A stretch of 64,000 nt of DNA, from NCBI GenBank assembly GCA_016202305.1, contig JACQPB010000041.1:398-64397 (forward strand), in the 5' to 3' direction. Origin of the DNA: Candidatus Iainarchaeum sp. GTDB lineage: Archaea > Iainarchaeota > Iainarchaeia > Iainarchaeales > Iainarchaeaceae. A program made the translations under genes and the position numbers. The notes beneath the pieces were generated by a model. That model had not been told where the DNA came from. It did no database searches and was given only the letters and a program-made list of their open reading frames with translations. Below, one piece after another: positions 25,778 through 34,540 of this stretch. Every line of letters starts with the position of its first letter. The first letter of the stretch is position 1.

Positions 25778-25809
25778 TACAGAGCCAAATAGTTAAATAC
25801 TTGTCAGGC
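25778..25809 (+). repeat. 32-nt promoter-bearing repeat, copy 1 (TACAGAGCCAAATAGTTAAATACTTGTCAGGC)
   Basis: Identical to 26582..26613. It contains a TATA-like TTAAATA ~25-30 nt upstream of the small-ORF ATG. Confidence 0.85.
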
Positions 25810-25822
25810 CGAATATAGTATT

Positions 25823-25957
25823 ATGGAAACAATTGTTATCCAAAAGCAGAAACGCCCCAAGCCGAAAAAGAAGGTTGTACGCATGGACATTATTGAGCAA
25901 CTCGAAAGGAGCTTTCAGGACATGCGCGAGGGAAAAATCAGGGAATGGAAAGATTAG
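25823..25957 (+). CDS. small antitoxin-like protein, 44 aa
   Basis: METIVIQKQKRPKPKKKVVRMDIIEQLERSFQDMREGKIREWKD. A paralogue lies at 26627..26764. The C-terminal xxDxxxG[KR]IRE tail resembles antitoxin tails. Confidence 0.5.
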   Translation: METIVIQKQKRPKPKKKVVRMDIIEQLERSFQDMREGKIREWKD

Positions 25958-26259
25958 AGCCTTTCTGCAAGCCGCTTATAAGCGTCAAGGTTTCTCAGAA
26001 TTGAATCTATTATCATTTGCTGCTCTTTCTTGCCTCCGAAACCAACTAACAGTATTTTGCCGAGATTTTCGTAAATAATGAAATACAGTCGTGCGCCACG
26101 GAACTTCTTTTCCCTGAACCATGGAAACTTGAGTGGCTTCCCGGCATATGGATTGTGCTTGAGTTGTTCTACCATTTTCCCTATCCAGACTTTCTCGTCT
26201 TTTTCAAGCGTGTTGAAAATCTCCGCGAATAACTCGGTTTTGTAAATCTGATAACCCAT
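25954..26259 (-). CDS. RelE-superfamily toxin, HigB/Gp49-like (copy 1)
   Basis: MGYQIYKTELF..NPYAGKPLKFPWFREKKFRGARLYFIIYENLGKILLVGFGGKKEQQMIIDSI. An alternative start is ATG 26346, which has a strong GGGGGTGA SD. Confidence 0.7.
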   Translation of the reverse strand: MGYQIYKTELFAEIFNTLEKDEKVWIGKMVEQLKHNPYAGKPLKFPWFREKKFRGARLYFIIYENLGKILLVGFGGKKEQQMIIDSILRNLDAYKRLAERL

Positions 26260-26416
26260 ATGGCAGATGCTGCTCCCGCGAGATAAAAACATTTGGTTGG
26301 ATGTTGAAGGGTAACAGTTCAAGATTTTCCCGTAGTTTTTACCCATTTTTTCACCCCCTTACCCTACTCGCGTAGTTTTTGATTAATCACTCATTTGAAT
26401 CACGGCGTATAATAAC

Positions 26417-26516
26417 TTTCTCATTTTTCTTATCTTTTCCTCACATTTTCTTGCATTTTTCGCACACTTTCCGCACACTTTTTAATGTTTTTTACACACT
26501 TTTAAACACATTTTTA
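26417..26516. repeat. helically phased T-tracts / degenerate (C)ACAC(T)TTTT repeats
   Basis: T-runs start at 26417, 26424, 26435, 26446, 26456, 26468, 26479, 26488, 26500 and 26511, with a mean spacing of ~10.5 bp. Confidence 0.65.
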
Positions 26517-26581
26517 AAACGCGCCATTTTGGCAATTGCACACAAAATAAGAGGTCTCGCAAAAAAACCGTTAGCAGTTAT

Positions 26582-26613
26582 TACAGAGCCAAATAGTTAA
26601 ATACTTGTCAGGC
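26582..26613 (+). repeat. 32-nt promoter-bearing repeat, copy 2
   Basis: Identical to 25778..25809. Confidence 0.85.
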
Positions 26614-26626
26614 GAAATGTATTAGT

Positions 26627-26764
26627 ATGCAGACAATAACGATTCCAAAGCAGGAATATATAATGCTGAAAAAGAAGGCTTCGCTTGCGGAAGACCTGTT
26701 TATACAGCTTGAAAGCAGCCTCAGGGATGCTGAAGCGGGCAGAATTAGGGAAGCCAAACACTAA
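26627..26764 (+). CDS. small antitoxin-like protein, 45 aa
   Basis: MQTITIPKQEYIMLKKKASLAEDLFIQLESSLRDAEAGRIREAKH. Confidence 0.5.
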   Translation: MQTITIPKQEYIMLKKKASLAEDLFIQLESSLRDAEAGRIREAKH

Positions 26765-27063
26765 TCGCCAACAATCCTGCGGTACCTTTCCAGATTGGCC
26801 AGTACATTATTTATGATTGCCTGCTGCTCTTTCTTGCCTGCAAAAGCCAGAAGAAGCACTTTTTCGGAGTTTTCATAAACGAGATAATAAAGCCGCTTGC
26901 CTTTGTACTTCTTCTCCCTGAACCATTTATAGCCGAGAGGCTTTCCGACAAATGAATTCTGCTTCAACTGCTCAATAATTTTGCTTATCCACTCGCGCTC
27001 CTCCACAGAGGAGGATTCAAAAAACCTGGTGAAGGAATCGGTTTCCAGAACTTTGTTTGGCAT
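26761..27063 (-). CDS. RelE-superfamily toxin, HigB/Gp49-like (copy 2)
   Basis: MPNKVLETDSF..NSFVGKPLGYKWFREKKYKGKRLYYLVYENSEKVLLLAFAGKKEQQAIINNV. By eye it is about half identical to copy 1. Confidence 0.7.
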   Translation of the reverse strand: MPNKVLETDSFTRFFESSSVEEREWISKIIEQLKQNSFVGKPLGYKWFREKKYKGKRLYYLVYENSEKVLLLAFAGKKEQQAIINNVLANLERYRRIVGD

Positions 27064-27146
27064 AACAAAGGCACGCCGAATCACCCTTTTAACCCTTATC
27101 CTGCCAGAATATTCCTTGATGCCGCGCTTTTGGCGGCTTTGAAAAA

Positions 27147-29636
27147 GTGGTTGTTTTGGCAAAGAAAGGCGGTTCCGGAGCGAAACCCGTGCAGGCGAAG
27201 CCCGCGGCCCGCGCGCAGCCCAACGAGTTCCTCGCCATCGAGAGGAAGTGGCAGGAGCTCTGGGAAAAGGAAAAGATATATTCCTTCGACCCCGACAGGA
27301 AGGGCGATGTTTTCAGCATTGACACGCCACCGCCGACTGTTTCCGGAAGGATGCACCTCGGCCACGCGTTCTCGTACGCGCAGGCGGACTTCATTGCGAG
27401 GTACAAGAGGATGCGGGGCTTCAGCGTGTTCTACCCTTTCGGCCTTGACGACAATGGCCTCGCGACGGAAAGGCTCGTGGAGAATAGCAGGAACATACGC
27501 GCGAAGGACTTCACGCGCGAGCAGTTCATAAAAATCTGCCTCGAGGAGACAAAGAAGCACGAGGACACGATGATTGCCGATTTCAGGAGCCTCGGCCTGA
27601 GCGTGGACTGGGCACTCATTTACAGGACAATAGACGGCCCCGCGAGGAAAGCGAGCCAGCGCAGCTTCATGGAAATATACGGGAAAGGCCGCGCGTACAG
27701 GAAGGAGGCGCCGGCAATGTGGTGCCCCTCATGCGAAACCGCGGTAGCGCAGGCAGAGCTCGAGGACATAGAGACGGACAGCATTTTCAGCGACATAGTT
27801 TTCAGGCTGGACAACGGCAAGGAACTCGTGATTGCCACCACGAGGCCGGAACTGCTGCCGAGCTGCGTGGCGGTATTCATACACCCGGATGACAAGAGGA
27901 AGAAGGAATTGCTCGGAAGGAAAGCCAAGGTGCCGCTGTTCAACCACACTGTGCCGATACTAGAGGACAGGCGCGTGGACATGCAGAAAGGCACCGGCAT
28001 AGTGATGTGCTGCACATTCGGCGACCAGACAGACATGGAATGGTACTTTGCGCACAGCCTGCCTCTCAGGGCGGGACTGACGCCTGACGGCAGGATGACG
28101 AAGCTCGCTGGAAAATACGAGGGAAAGAAAATAAAGGAAGCGAGAAAGGAAATACTCGAGGACCTCGCGGCCGCAAAGCTGCTTAAAGGCCAGAGGCCGA
28201 TAAGGCACGCGGTCAAGGTGCATGAACGCTGCAAGGCCGAGATGGAGATAATGAACACCAAGCAGTGGTTCATAAAGTACCTCGACCTGAAGCAGGAATT
28301 CCTCAGGAAAGGGGACGAGCTGAAATGGCACCCTGAGCACATGAAGGTTAGGTACAGGAACTGGATAACCGGCCTGCAGTGGGACTGGTCACTCTCGAGG
28401 CAGAGATTCTTCGGCGTGCCATTCCCTGTATGGTACTGCGCGAAATGCGGCGAAACAATACTTGCAGGGGAAAAGCAGCTCCCTGTAGACCCGCTGCAGG
28501 ACAAGCCGCCAGTCAAAAAGTGCCCGAAGTGCGGCTCGGCAGGATTCGAACCTGAAAAAGACGTGCTGGACACCTGGGCGACGTCCTCGCTCACGCCACA
28601 GATAAACTCCAAATGGGGCGAGGACGAAAAGCTGCACGCCAAAATTTTCCCCATGTCCCTGAGGCCGCAGGCACATGACATAATAACGCTGTGGGCATTC
28701 AACACCGTCGTGAAGGCATACTTCCATGCGGGAAAGCTCCCTTGGAAGGACATAATGATTTCAGGGCACGCACTCGACTCGAAAGGGAGGAAGATGTCGA
28801 AGAGCCTCGGGAACGTTGTGAACCCAGTGGAAATGGTGGAAAAGTACTCTGCCGACATGCTACGGTACTGGGCCGCGACAGGCACTCTCGGCGATGACCT
28901 GCCGTTCCAGGAGAAGGAATTCGTGACCGCGAAGAAGTTCCTCACAAAGCTTGCCAACGCATCGAAATTCGTGGCTATGAAAACAGAGGGAGTGAAGCCA
29001 GAGGAAGTTTCTGTGGAAGCATGGAACATGCGCGAAATCGACAGGTGGATACTGAGCAGGTTCTCGCGCGCGAAAAAAGAGGCAACGCAGGCGCTTGAAG
29101 CATACGAGTACTCCAGGGCGCTCTCCGCGCTCAGGAACTTCTTCTGGAACGAATTCGCAGATTTTTACATAGAGGAAGTAAAGCACCGCGTGTACAGCGA
29201 AGATGACAAGAGCGCCAGGGCGGCCAAAGCCGTGCTAGTGAAGCTGATGTCAGAACTCCTCAAGGCGCTCGCACCTTTCATACCGCACACGGCGGAGGAA
29301 ATCTTCAAAACAAGCTTCGGGGCATGCGCGAAGGAAAAATCAATCCACCTCGAGAAATGGCCCACTGCAGAGGAAGAATACATGGATGAAAACGCGGAGA
29401 AAGCAGGCGAGATTGCGAAAGCCGTGATTTCCGGGATAAGAAAGCACAAGACAGAGAAGGGCCTCGCCATGAACGCAGATGTGGGCGAGGTGACAATCTT
29501 CCTAGAAAAAGACGAGGTGCTCGCCGAGAAAGTGCTTGCGGACATAAAGGAAACGATGAAGGCCGCGGGCATTGCCATTTCCGCGGGAAAAGGGAGAATA
29601 GACGCGGGAAACGGCATTACGATTGACGTCAAGTGA
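27147..29636 (+). CDS. valS: valyl-tRNA synthetase
   Basis: IDTPPPTVSGRMHLGHAFSY..FGLDDNGLATE (archaeal-type ValRS N-terminus) and GRKMSKSLGNVVNP (KMSKS). 829 aa. Confidence 0.88.
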   Translation: MVVLAKKGGSGAKPVQAKPAARAQPNEFLAIERKWQELWEKEKIYSFDPDRKGDVFSIDTPPPTVSGRMHLGHAFSYAQADFIARYKRMRGFSVFYPFGLDDNGLATERLVENSRNIRAKDFTREQFIKICLEETKKHEDTMIADFRSLGLSVDWALIYRTIDGPARKASQRSFMEIYGKGRAYRKEAPAMWCPSCETAVAQAELEDIETDSIFSDIVFRLDNGKELVIATTRPELLPSCVAVFIHPDDKRKKELLGRKAKVPLFNHTVPILEDRRVDMQKGTGIVMCCTFGDQTDMEWYFAHSLPLRAGLTPDGRMTKLAGKYEGKKIKEARKEILEDLAAAKLLKGQRPIRHAVKVHERCKAEMEIMNTKQWFIKYLDLKQEFLRKGDELKWHPEHMKVRYRNWITGLQWDWSLSRQRFFGVPFPVWYCAKCGETILAGEKQLPVDPLQDKPPVKKCPKCGSAGFEPEKDVLDTWATSSLTPQINSKWGEDEKLHAKIFPMSLRPQAHDIITLWAFNTVVKAYFHAGKLPWKDIMISGHALDSKGRKMSKSLGNVVNPVEMVEKYSADMLRYWAATGTLGDDLPFQEKEFVTAKKFLTKLANASKFVAMKTEGVKPEEVSVEAWNMREIDRWILSRFSRAKKEATQALEAYEYSRALSALRNFFWNEFADFYIEEVKHRVYSEDDKSARAAKAVLVKLMSELLKALAPFIPHTAEEIFKTSFGACAKEKSIHLEKWPTAEEEYMDENAEKAGEIAKAVISGIRKHKTEKGLAMNADVGEVTIFLEKDEVLAEKVLADIKETMKAAGIAISAGKGRIDAGNGITIDVK

Positions 29637-29711
29637 GGTAAGCCCGGAACCATGCCTCCAACCGCCGGAAACGATTAATAAGCAGAAAAGCGATTATACG
29701 GAGTGGAGATT

Positions 29712-30242
29712 ATGGGCGCAAAAAGGAAGCTTTTGGTGCTGGCGATTGCGATTGTGATAGCCTACTTCGGGGCGCAGCAGTTCGGGTTATTCAGCAGCCT
29801 TGACAGGATTGCGGACATTGATGCACGCTACGGGCTTTCTGACGGCATGCTGGCACCGGCGGAAATGGCAAGCATTGAAAAATATGAGGCAGAACTGAAA
29901 GCGGCGTCATCCGGGTTCCTCGTTTCCGACAGCTCAAGGAAAATAGGGGAAGTGAAACTGGAACTCGCTGAAATGCAGAAAAGCATGCTTGCGCTGAGGG
30001 AACACTCGGCGAAAATAAACTTCTCGCGGCCGGACTGCTCGGTTGCAGGCATGGTTGCGCTTGCGAAGAAGGATGCGGAAGCCGCGCTTGGACATGCGGA
30101 AGCCGCGACCGAAAAAAGGTCGCAAATAGGCAATGTGGCAAGCTTCAGGGAAATTACCGGAAAGGACTTCGACACAACAATGGCCGCGGTGAATGACGCC
30201 CTCGGTGAATCCGTAAAGTCTCTTAATTCCCTCTGCCGATGA
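29712..30242 (+). CDS. N-terminally membrane-anchored hypothetical protein
   Basis: MGAKRKLLVLAIAIVIAYFGAQQF is a TM anchor, followed by a helical Ala/Glu-rich domain. GGAG lies upstream of the ATG. Confidence 0.5.
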   Translation: MGAKRKLLVLAIAIVIAYFGAQQFGLFSSLDRIADIDARYGLSDGMLAPAEMASIEKYEAELKAASSGFLVSDSSRKIGEVKLELAEMQKSMLALREHSAKINFSRPDCSVAGMVALAKKDAEAALGHAEAATEKRSQIGNVASFREITGKDFDTTMAAVNDALGESVKSLNSLCR

Positions 30243-30249
30243 TTGATTC

Positions 30250-30864
30250 ATGAAGATGCTTGCGCAGGGCGCAGAAGCAAAGCTCTACCTCTCGGAATAC
30301 CTCGGGAAAAAATGCATCGTCAAAGTGCGGCAGAATAAGGCATACAGGGAAAAGGCGCTCGACAGGAAAATAATAACGGAACGGCTCCGCGCGGAATGCA
30401 ACCTCGTTTCCCGCGCGAAGAGTGCCGGAGTGAGGACGCCGCTCATATACAAGGTTGACATTGAGGGATGCGCCATAACCTTCGAGTTCTTGGAAGGCAC
30501 AAGGCTCAAGGAAGGGCTTTTGATGGCAGGGAGTGAAAAGGCCGGCATGCTCTGCGCAGAATTCGGGAAAACCGTTGCAAAGCTGCACTCCGCAGGGATA
30601 GTGCACTTCGACCTCACGACGAGCAACGCAATCATGCACAATGGCAAAATCGCCCTCCTTGACTTCGGATTGGGAGAGGTTTCCGCGCGCATAGAGGACA
30701 TGGCAGTGGACATACTTGCGCTCAAGAGGACATTCATGGCCACGCATTACAGGCACGCGGAAGGATGGAGGGAGCTTGAGGAAGCATACTCGGCGAACTT
30801 CCAGAATGGCCATGCGGCCCTCAGGCAGGTCGCGGAAATAGAGGCGAGGGCAAGATATTACTGA
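30250..30864 (+). CDS. bud32: KEOPS kinase Bud32 (PRPK)
   Basis: GAEAKLY..CIVKVR.., HSAGIVHFDLTTSNAIM and LLDFGLG match. The small atypical kinase size (204 aa) also fits. Confidence 0.85.
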   Translation: MKMLAQGAEAKLYLSEYLGKKCIVKVRQNKAYREKALDRKIITERLRAECNLVSRAKSAGVRTPLIYKVDIEGCAITFEFLEGTRLKEGLLMAGSEKAGMLCAEFGKTVAKLHSAGIVHFDLTTSNAIMHNGKIALLDFGLGEVSARIEDMAVDILALKRTFMATHYRHAEGWRELEEAYSANFQNGHAALRQVAEIEARARYY

Positions 30865-31046
30865 GGCAAAAGGCAGGATTACTTATACATAATAGAATCG
30901 CACCGCCTGATTTTTATAGGTTTCCATAGGGAGATTAGTCAGCAGTTTTTGAGTTTTGCTTTCCCTTTCCGGCAGGGAGGGAAGGTACAGGGAAAATAGG
31001 CCCTGGTTTTTGAATAAAAACATTATATGAAGCTCGATGGGTTTTC

Positions 31047-31466
31047 ATGGCCAAAAAAAGCGAGGAAAAGGGCAAGAAGCCCCTGATAGAGTACGATGCC
31101 AAGGAGATTGAGAAGACAGTCATCGAACTCGCGAATGCCGGCCAAACACCGAGCGAAATAGGCATGACACTGCGAGACCAGTACGGCGTGCAGAACGCCA
31201 AGAAGCTCACTGGAATGAAGATAGAGGCCATGCTGGCAAAGCACGGCCTCCGGGGAGACATGCCGCGCGACCTCCTGAACCTCATCAGGCATTCTGTTGT
31301 ACTGCAGAAGCACATGGAGCATAACAACAAGGACCAGACCGCAAGGCGCGGCTATACCCTTGCAGTGAGCAAGATAAGGAGACTAACCAGTTATTACCAG
31401 AAGAGCGGCAAACTCGACAAGGGCTGGAGATACACCCCTGAAACCGCGGCCCTGCTGGTGAAGTGA
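31047..31466 (+). CDS. rps15: ribosomal protein S15 (S13e family)
   Basis: PSEIGMTLRDQYGV..LLNLIRHSVVLQKHMEHNNKDQTARRGYTLAVSKIRRLTSYY matches S15. Confidence 0.95.
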   Translation: MAKKSEEKGKKPLIEYDAKEIEKTVIELANAGQTPSEIGMTLRDQYGVQNAKKLTGMKIEAMLAKHGLRGDMPRDLLNLIRHSVVLQKHMEHNNKDQTARRGYTLAVSKIRRLTSYYQKSGKLDKGWRYTPETAALLVK

Positions 31467-31510
31467 ATACCATGGAATGCTGCAATATTTGTTGTTAAGG
31501 TGATGATGAC

Positions 31511-32149
31511 ATGCCAAGGCTTGTAGAGGACGAAAAGGAAGCAAAGCCGGGGAAGGAAAAAGCGGCACAGCCCAAGACCAGAAAAAAGGGAGTTGACAAG
31601 TGGAAGAAGAAGGTTTGGTATACGCTCCTTGCGCCGGAGGAGTTCGAACGCAAAGAAATCGGTGAAACCATCGCCGAGAAGCCGGAGATGCTCACTGGCA
31701 GGACCATACTTGTGACAGGGCGCGACCTCGCCAACCAGCCAAAGAAACAGCACATAAGGATAAAATTCAGGGTAGTGAGCGTCAGCGGAAGCAAGGCCCA
31801 CACTGAAGCGTATGGCCACATAATAAAGGACGACTTCATGAGGCGCGTGGTGAGGAGAAGGTCAAGCAAGGTCATGAGCGTGAACAATTACACCACGAAG
31901 GACGGAAAGGGCATAAAGCTGAAGCTCATAGTGGTCACCGACAGGAAGGCATCCGGAAAGCAGAAGGCAAGCATAAAAAAGAAAGTGGAGGAACTTGCCA
32001 AAAAAGTGATTTCGGAATTTGACTCCAAAAAGATAATCGATGAGCTGGTGTTCGGCAACTTCCCTAACAAGCTCTACCCCGGCCTGAAGAAAATAGTGCC
32101 GATAAAAAGGATTGAAGCCACTAATTCGGAGATTACAGCCGCAAAGTGA
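31511..32149 (+). CDS. rps3ae: ribosomal protein S3Ae (S1e)
   Basis: KKKVWYTLLAPEEFERKEIGETIAEKPEMLTGRTILVTGRDL..HIRIKFRV matches S3Ae. Confidence 0.9.
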   Translation: MPRLVEDEKEAKPGKEKAAQPKTRKKGVDKWKKKVWYTLLAPEEFERKEIGETIAEKPEMLTGRTILVTGRDLANQPKKQHIRIKFRVVSVSGSKAHTEAYGHIIKDDFMRRVVRRRSSKVMSVNNYTTKDGKGIKLKLIVVTDRKASGKQKASIKKKVEELAKKVISEFDSKKIIDELVFGNFPNKLYPGLKKIVPIKRIEATNSEITAAK

Positions 32150-32829
32150 ACCACATGTTCAATGGCATTGAGCCGATAATAGTCATTGCCACAATTGCCT
32201 TTTTCTCGGCCGCGGCCCTGCTGTCAAAAAGCCTTACAAAGGACGGAATAATCGCGTCGGTTGCGGTTGGAATAATCGCGTATTTTTTCGCCGGGTTTGC
32301 AGCGTTCGCGGCGCTCGTGATTTTCTTTGCAATAGGGGATGCAGCAACAGTGGCAGGGCGTAAAGGCCTTGGAAAACACGAGCCACGCAACTGGGCAAAC
32401 ATCCTTGGCAATACCGGGGCAGGGGCGATAGCACTGGCGCTTGGGCACACAGCGGGCTTTTTCGGCGCAATATCCGCGGCATTCTCTGATACAATATCCT
32501 CTGAAATAGGAATGCTCTCTGCAAGCAAGCCAGTGCTCGTAACCAGCCTCAGGGAAGTGGAAAAGGGCACCAATGGCGGAATCACGCTTCTCGGCCTTGC
32601 CGCAGCAGCCATTGGAGGGGCAATCATTGGAGCGGTTTATTATGCCGGAGTGGACGCGTCAATCAGGGGATTTGCCGCAATAGCGCTAACCGGCATTGCA
32701 GGAAGCCTCATAGACAGCATTTCGGGTGCATTATTGCAGAACAGGGGATTGATAAGCAACAACCAGGTGAACTTCCTCTCAAGCATGGCAGGCGCGGCGA
32801 TTTCGATAGTGCTGTTTGCCGCATTATGA
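32146..32829 (+). CDS. DUF92/TMEM19-family integral membrane protein
   Basis: ..HEPRNWANILGNTGAG.. and ..AFSDTISSEIGML..KGTNGGITLLG.. match the motifs I recall for DUF92 (COG1836). Confidence 0.7.
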   Translation: MNHMFNGIEPIIVIATIAFFSAAALLSKSLTKDGIIASVAVGIIAYFFAGFAAFAALVIFFAIGDAATVAGRKGLGKHEPRNWANILGNTGAGAIALALGHTAGFFGAISAAFSDTISSEIGMLSASKPVLVTSLREVEKGTNGGITLLGLAAAAIGGAIIGAVYYAGVDASIRGFAAIALTGIAGSLIDSISGALLQNRGLISNNQVNFLSSMAGAAISIVLFAAL

Positions 32830-32881
32830 TTCAAGAAAAATCGCCCCAACAAACATTGGCGGAAAGGTGAAATGTCCGGCA

Positions 32882-33838
32882 CTACTTTAACCTGAACTGC
32901 GAATCCTCTGCCCTGAGCGAACTCACAATACCCGCGCCGAACGCCTTTCCGGAACTGAATAACACGCTATAGAGGCTGAACTTTTCCTCTTCATACGAAA
33001 TTATCTCCGGGTTCCGGATTCCTGCCAGTTCCCCGGCCCTGTCTATTGCGCGCTTTCTCGTGGTAATCTCGTCTATGAGGTGATGCTCATACGCCTGGGA
33101 GCCCGTGAGGATACGGCCGTCAGCAACCGCGTCAAGCTCCTTGGAAGTGATTTTCCCGGCCCTGAACTCAAGGACATTGTACTTGAAGTTTTGGTAAGCC
33201 TGCAATATTATGCCTTCAAGGAGCTCCCTGTGCTCCGGAGTGAACTCTGTGAACGGGCTTCCGGTGTCCTTGAGGCTGCCTTCCTTGAGAGTGGTCACCT
33301 TAACGCCTATCTTCTCCATGAACCCCTCGATGTTCACCACTTCGGAAATCACGCCGATGCTGCCGGTAAGCGAGTCCTCGTCCGCCATTATGTGCCGTGT
33401 CGATGCCGCAACATAATACGCGCCTGAAGCCCCCATGGAATTGATGTACGAATATACCGGCTTCTTTGATTCACGGACCCTGTACACTATCTGCTTCGAC
33501 GCGACGACCTCGCCGCCGGGGCTGTCTATGTCGAGGAGTATCGCCCCGACGCCGGAATTGGCCTCGGCATCATCAATAAGCCGTATGACCTCGTTAGCGC
33601 TCAGGGTATCGGCACTGCCTGAACTGGAAATCTCGCCCTTCAAAGGTATCACTGCAATGCCTGAAGGGACATATTTCCCGTCCGCGAAAGACCCGTCGAA
33701 AAGCTTTCCCGCCGCAAAAATGAAGAGAAGGGCGACAGCTATGAAAACCACGAAGCCAGCAGCGGCAACTAGCAGGATGCGGCCATTGCCGCCGCGCCTC
33801 TTGGAAAGCTGCCCATCAAGCGATTTTTGCTCGGCCAC
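32882..33838 (-). CDS. sppA: signal peptide peptidase SppA (S49, 36K type)
   Basis: ILLDIDSPGGEVV, SMGASGAYYVAAS and SLTGSIGV match SppA. It has an N-terminal TM anchor. Confidence 0.9.
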   Translation of the reverse strand: MAEQKSLDGQLSKRRGGNGRILLVAAAGFVVFIAVALLFIFAAGKLFDGSFADGKYVPSGIAVIPLKGEISSSGSADTLSANEVIRLIDDAEANSGVGAILLDIDSPGGEVVASKQIVYRVRESKKPVYSYINSMGASGAYYVAASTRHIMADEDSLTGSIGVISEVVNIEGFMEKIGVKVTTLKEGSLKDTGSPFTEFTPEHRELLEGIILQAYQNFKYNVLEFRAGKITSKELDAVADGRILTGSQAYEHHLIDEITTRKRAIDRAGELAGIRNPEIISYEEEKFSLYSVLFSSGKAFGAGIVSSLRAEDSQFRLK

Positions 33839-34018
33839 TCAAAACACCATCATCGCACCATATGCTGCGGAAGCCACGGAGGCGGCCATGCATCAAAACG
33901 CCGACCTATAATATGTATATGCCAAGGCCCAATCACTAACAGTTACCCCCAAGAAATGGTTAAATAGCTTGTGATGCCATACTCGTTCAGGAATTGTTGA
34001 ACCCGGAGATGCGGCCTC

Positions 34019-34540
34019 ATGGTGCAGACGCTTGATTTTTTGGCAAGGATGGCGCTCTACCTCGCGCCGATGTACTTCGCGAACAGTTCCGCGATGATTC
34101 TGGGCGGAAAAACACCCATTGACCTCGGCACGAAAATATGGGACGGCAACAGGCTGTTCGGCAGAGGCAAGACATTCAGGGGCTTCATTGCAGGAGTCGC
34201 CGTAGGGACATCGGTGGCCGCAATAATATCGGCGCTTTTCCCCGTGCAAACAGCTGAACTTACAGGCAACTACATCATGCTTGGCCTGCTCCTGTCCCTC
34301 GGAGCCATAACGGGCGACCTCGCCGCGAGCTTCCTCAAGCGCCGTGTGGGAATGGAACCTGGGAAGGAAGTGCTTTTCCTCGACCAGCTCGACTTCCTCG
34401 CCGGAGGAATAGCCTTCGCGGCCGTGATTTATATCCCAACATTGCTGGAAATAGCCGCATACGCCAGCGCAACTCTTATCGTCCACAGGCTCTCGAATTA
34501 TGTTGCCTTCAGGACCAACCTGAAAAGGGTGCCATGGTGA
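34019..34540 (+). CDS. carS: CDP-archaeol synthase
   Basis: LAPMYFANSSAMILGG..DGNRLFGRGKTFRGFIAGV..GDLAASFLKRRVG..GKEVLFLDQLDFL matches the CarS/DUF46 pattern. Confidence 0.85.
   Translation: MVQTLDFLARMALYLAPMYFANSSAMILGGKTPIDLGTKIWDGNRLFGRGKTFRGFIAGVAVGTSVAAIISALFPVQTAELTGNYIMLGLLLSLGAITGDLAASFLKRRVGMEPGKEVLFLDQLDFLAGGIAFAAVIYIPTLLEIAAYASATLIVHRLSNYVAFRTNLKRVPW

Noticed and set aside
25823-25905. 26-aa hydrophobic ORF (MRTTFFFGLGRFCFWITIVSIILYSA) antisense to the first small antitoxin-like ORF, considered as a type I toxin-like peptide.
   Set aside because: It has no counterpart in the second copy of the module, where there is no ATG and the frame is not conserved.
26441-26516. Repeated CACACTTTT units considered as a possible CRISPR-like or tandem-repeat array.
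   Set aside because: The units are only ~10 bp, degenerate, and have no unique spacers. They are better explained as phased T-tracts (see finding).
26565-26580. 16-nt exact match AAACCGTTAGCAGTTA at 26565-80 and 50615-30, both upstream of TA-related promoters. Also a 15-mer, ATGAG[CT]CAAAGTCAG, at ~1104 and ~50599.
   Set aside because: About 0.5 exact 16-mer repeats are expected by chance in 64 kb, and the 15-mer has a mismatch. The shared TTAAATAC-type sequence nearby looks like the general promoter consensus (also seen at ~33955 GGTTAAATAGC). This may deserve a genome-wide count but is not supportable from this window.
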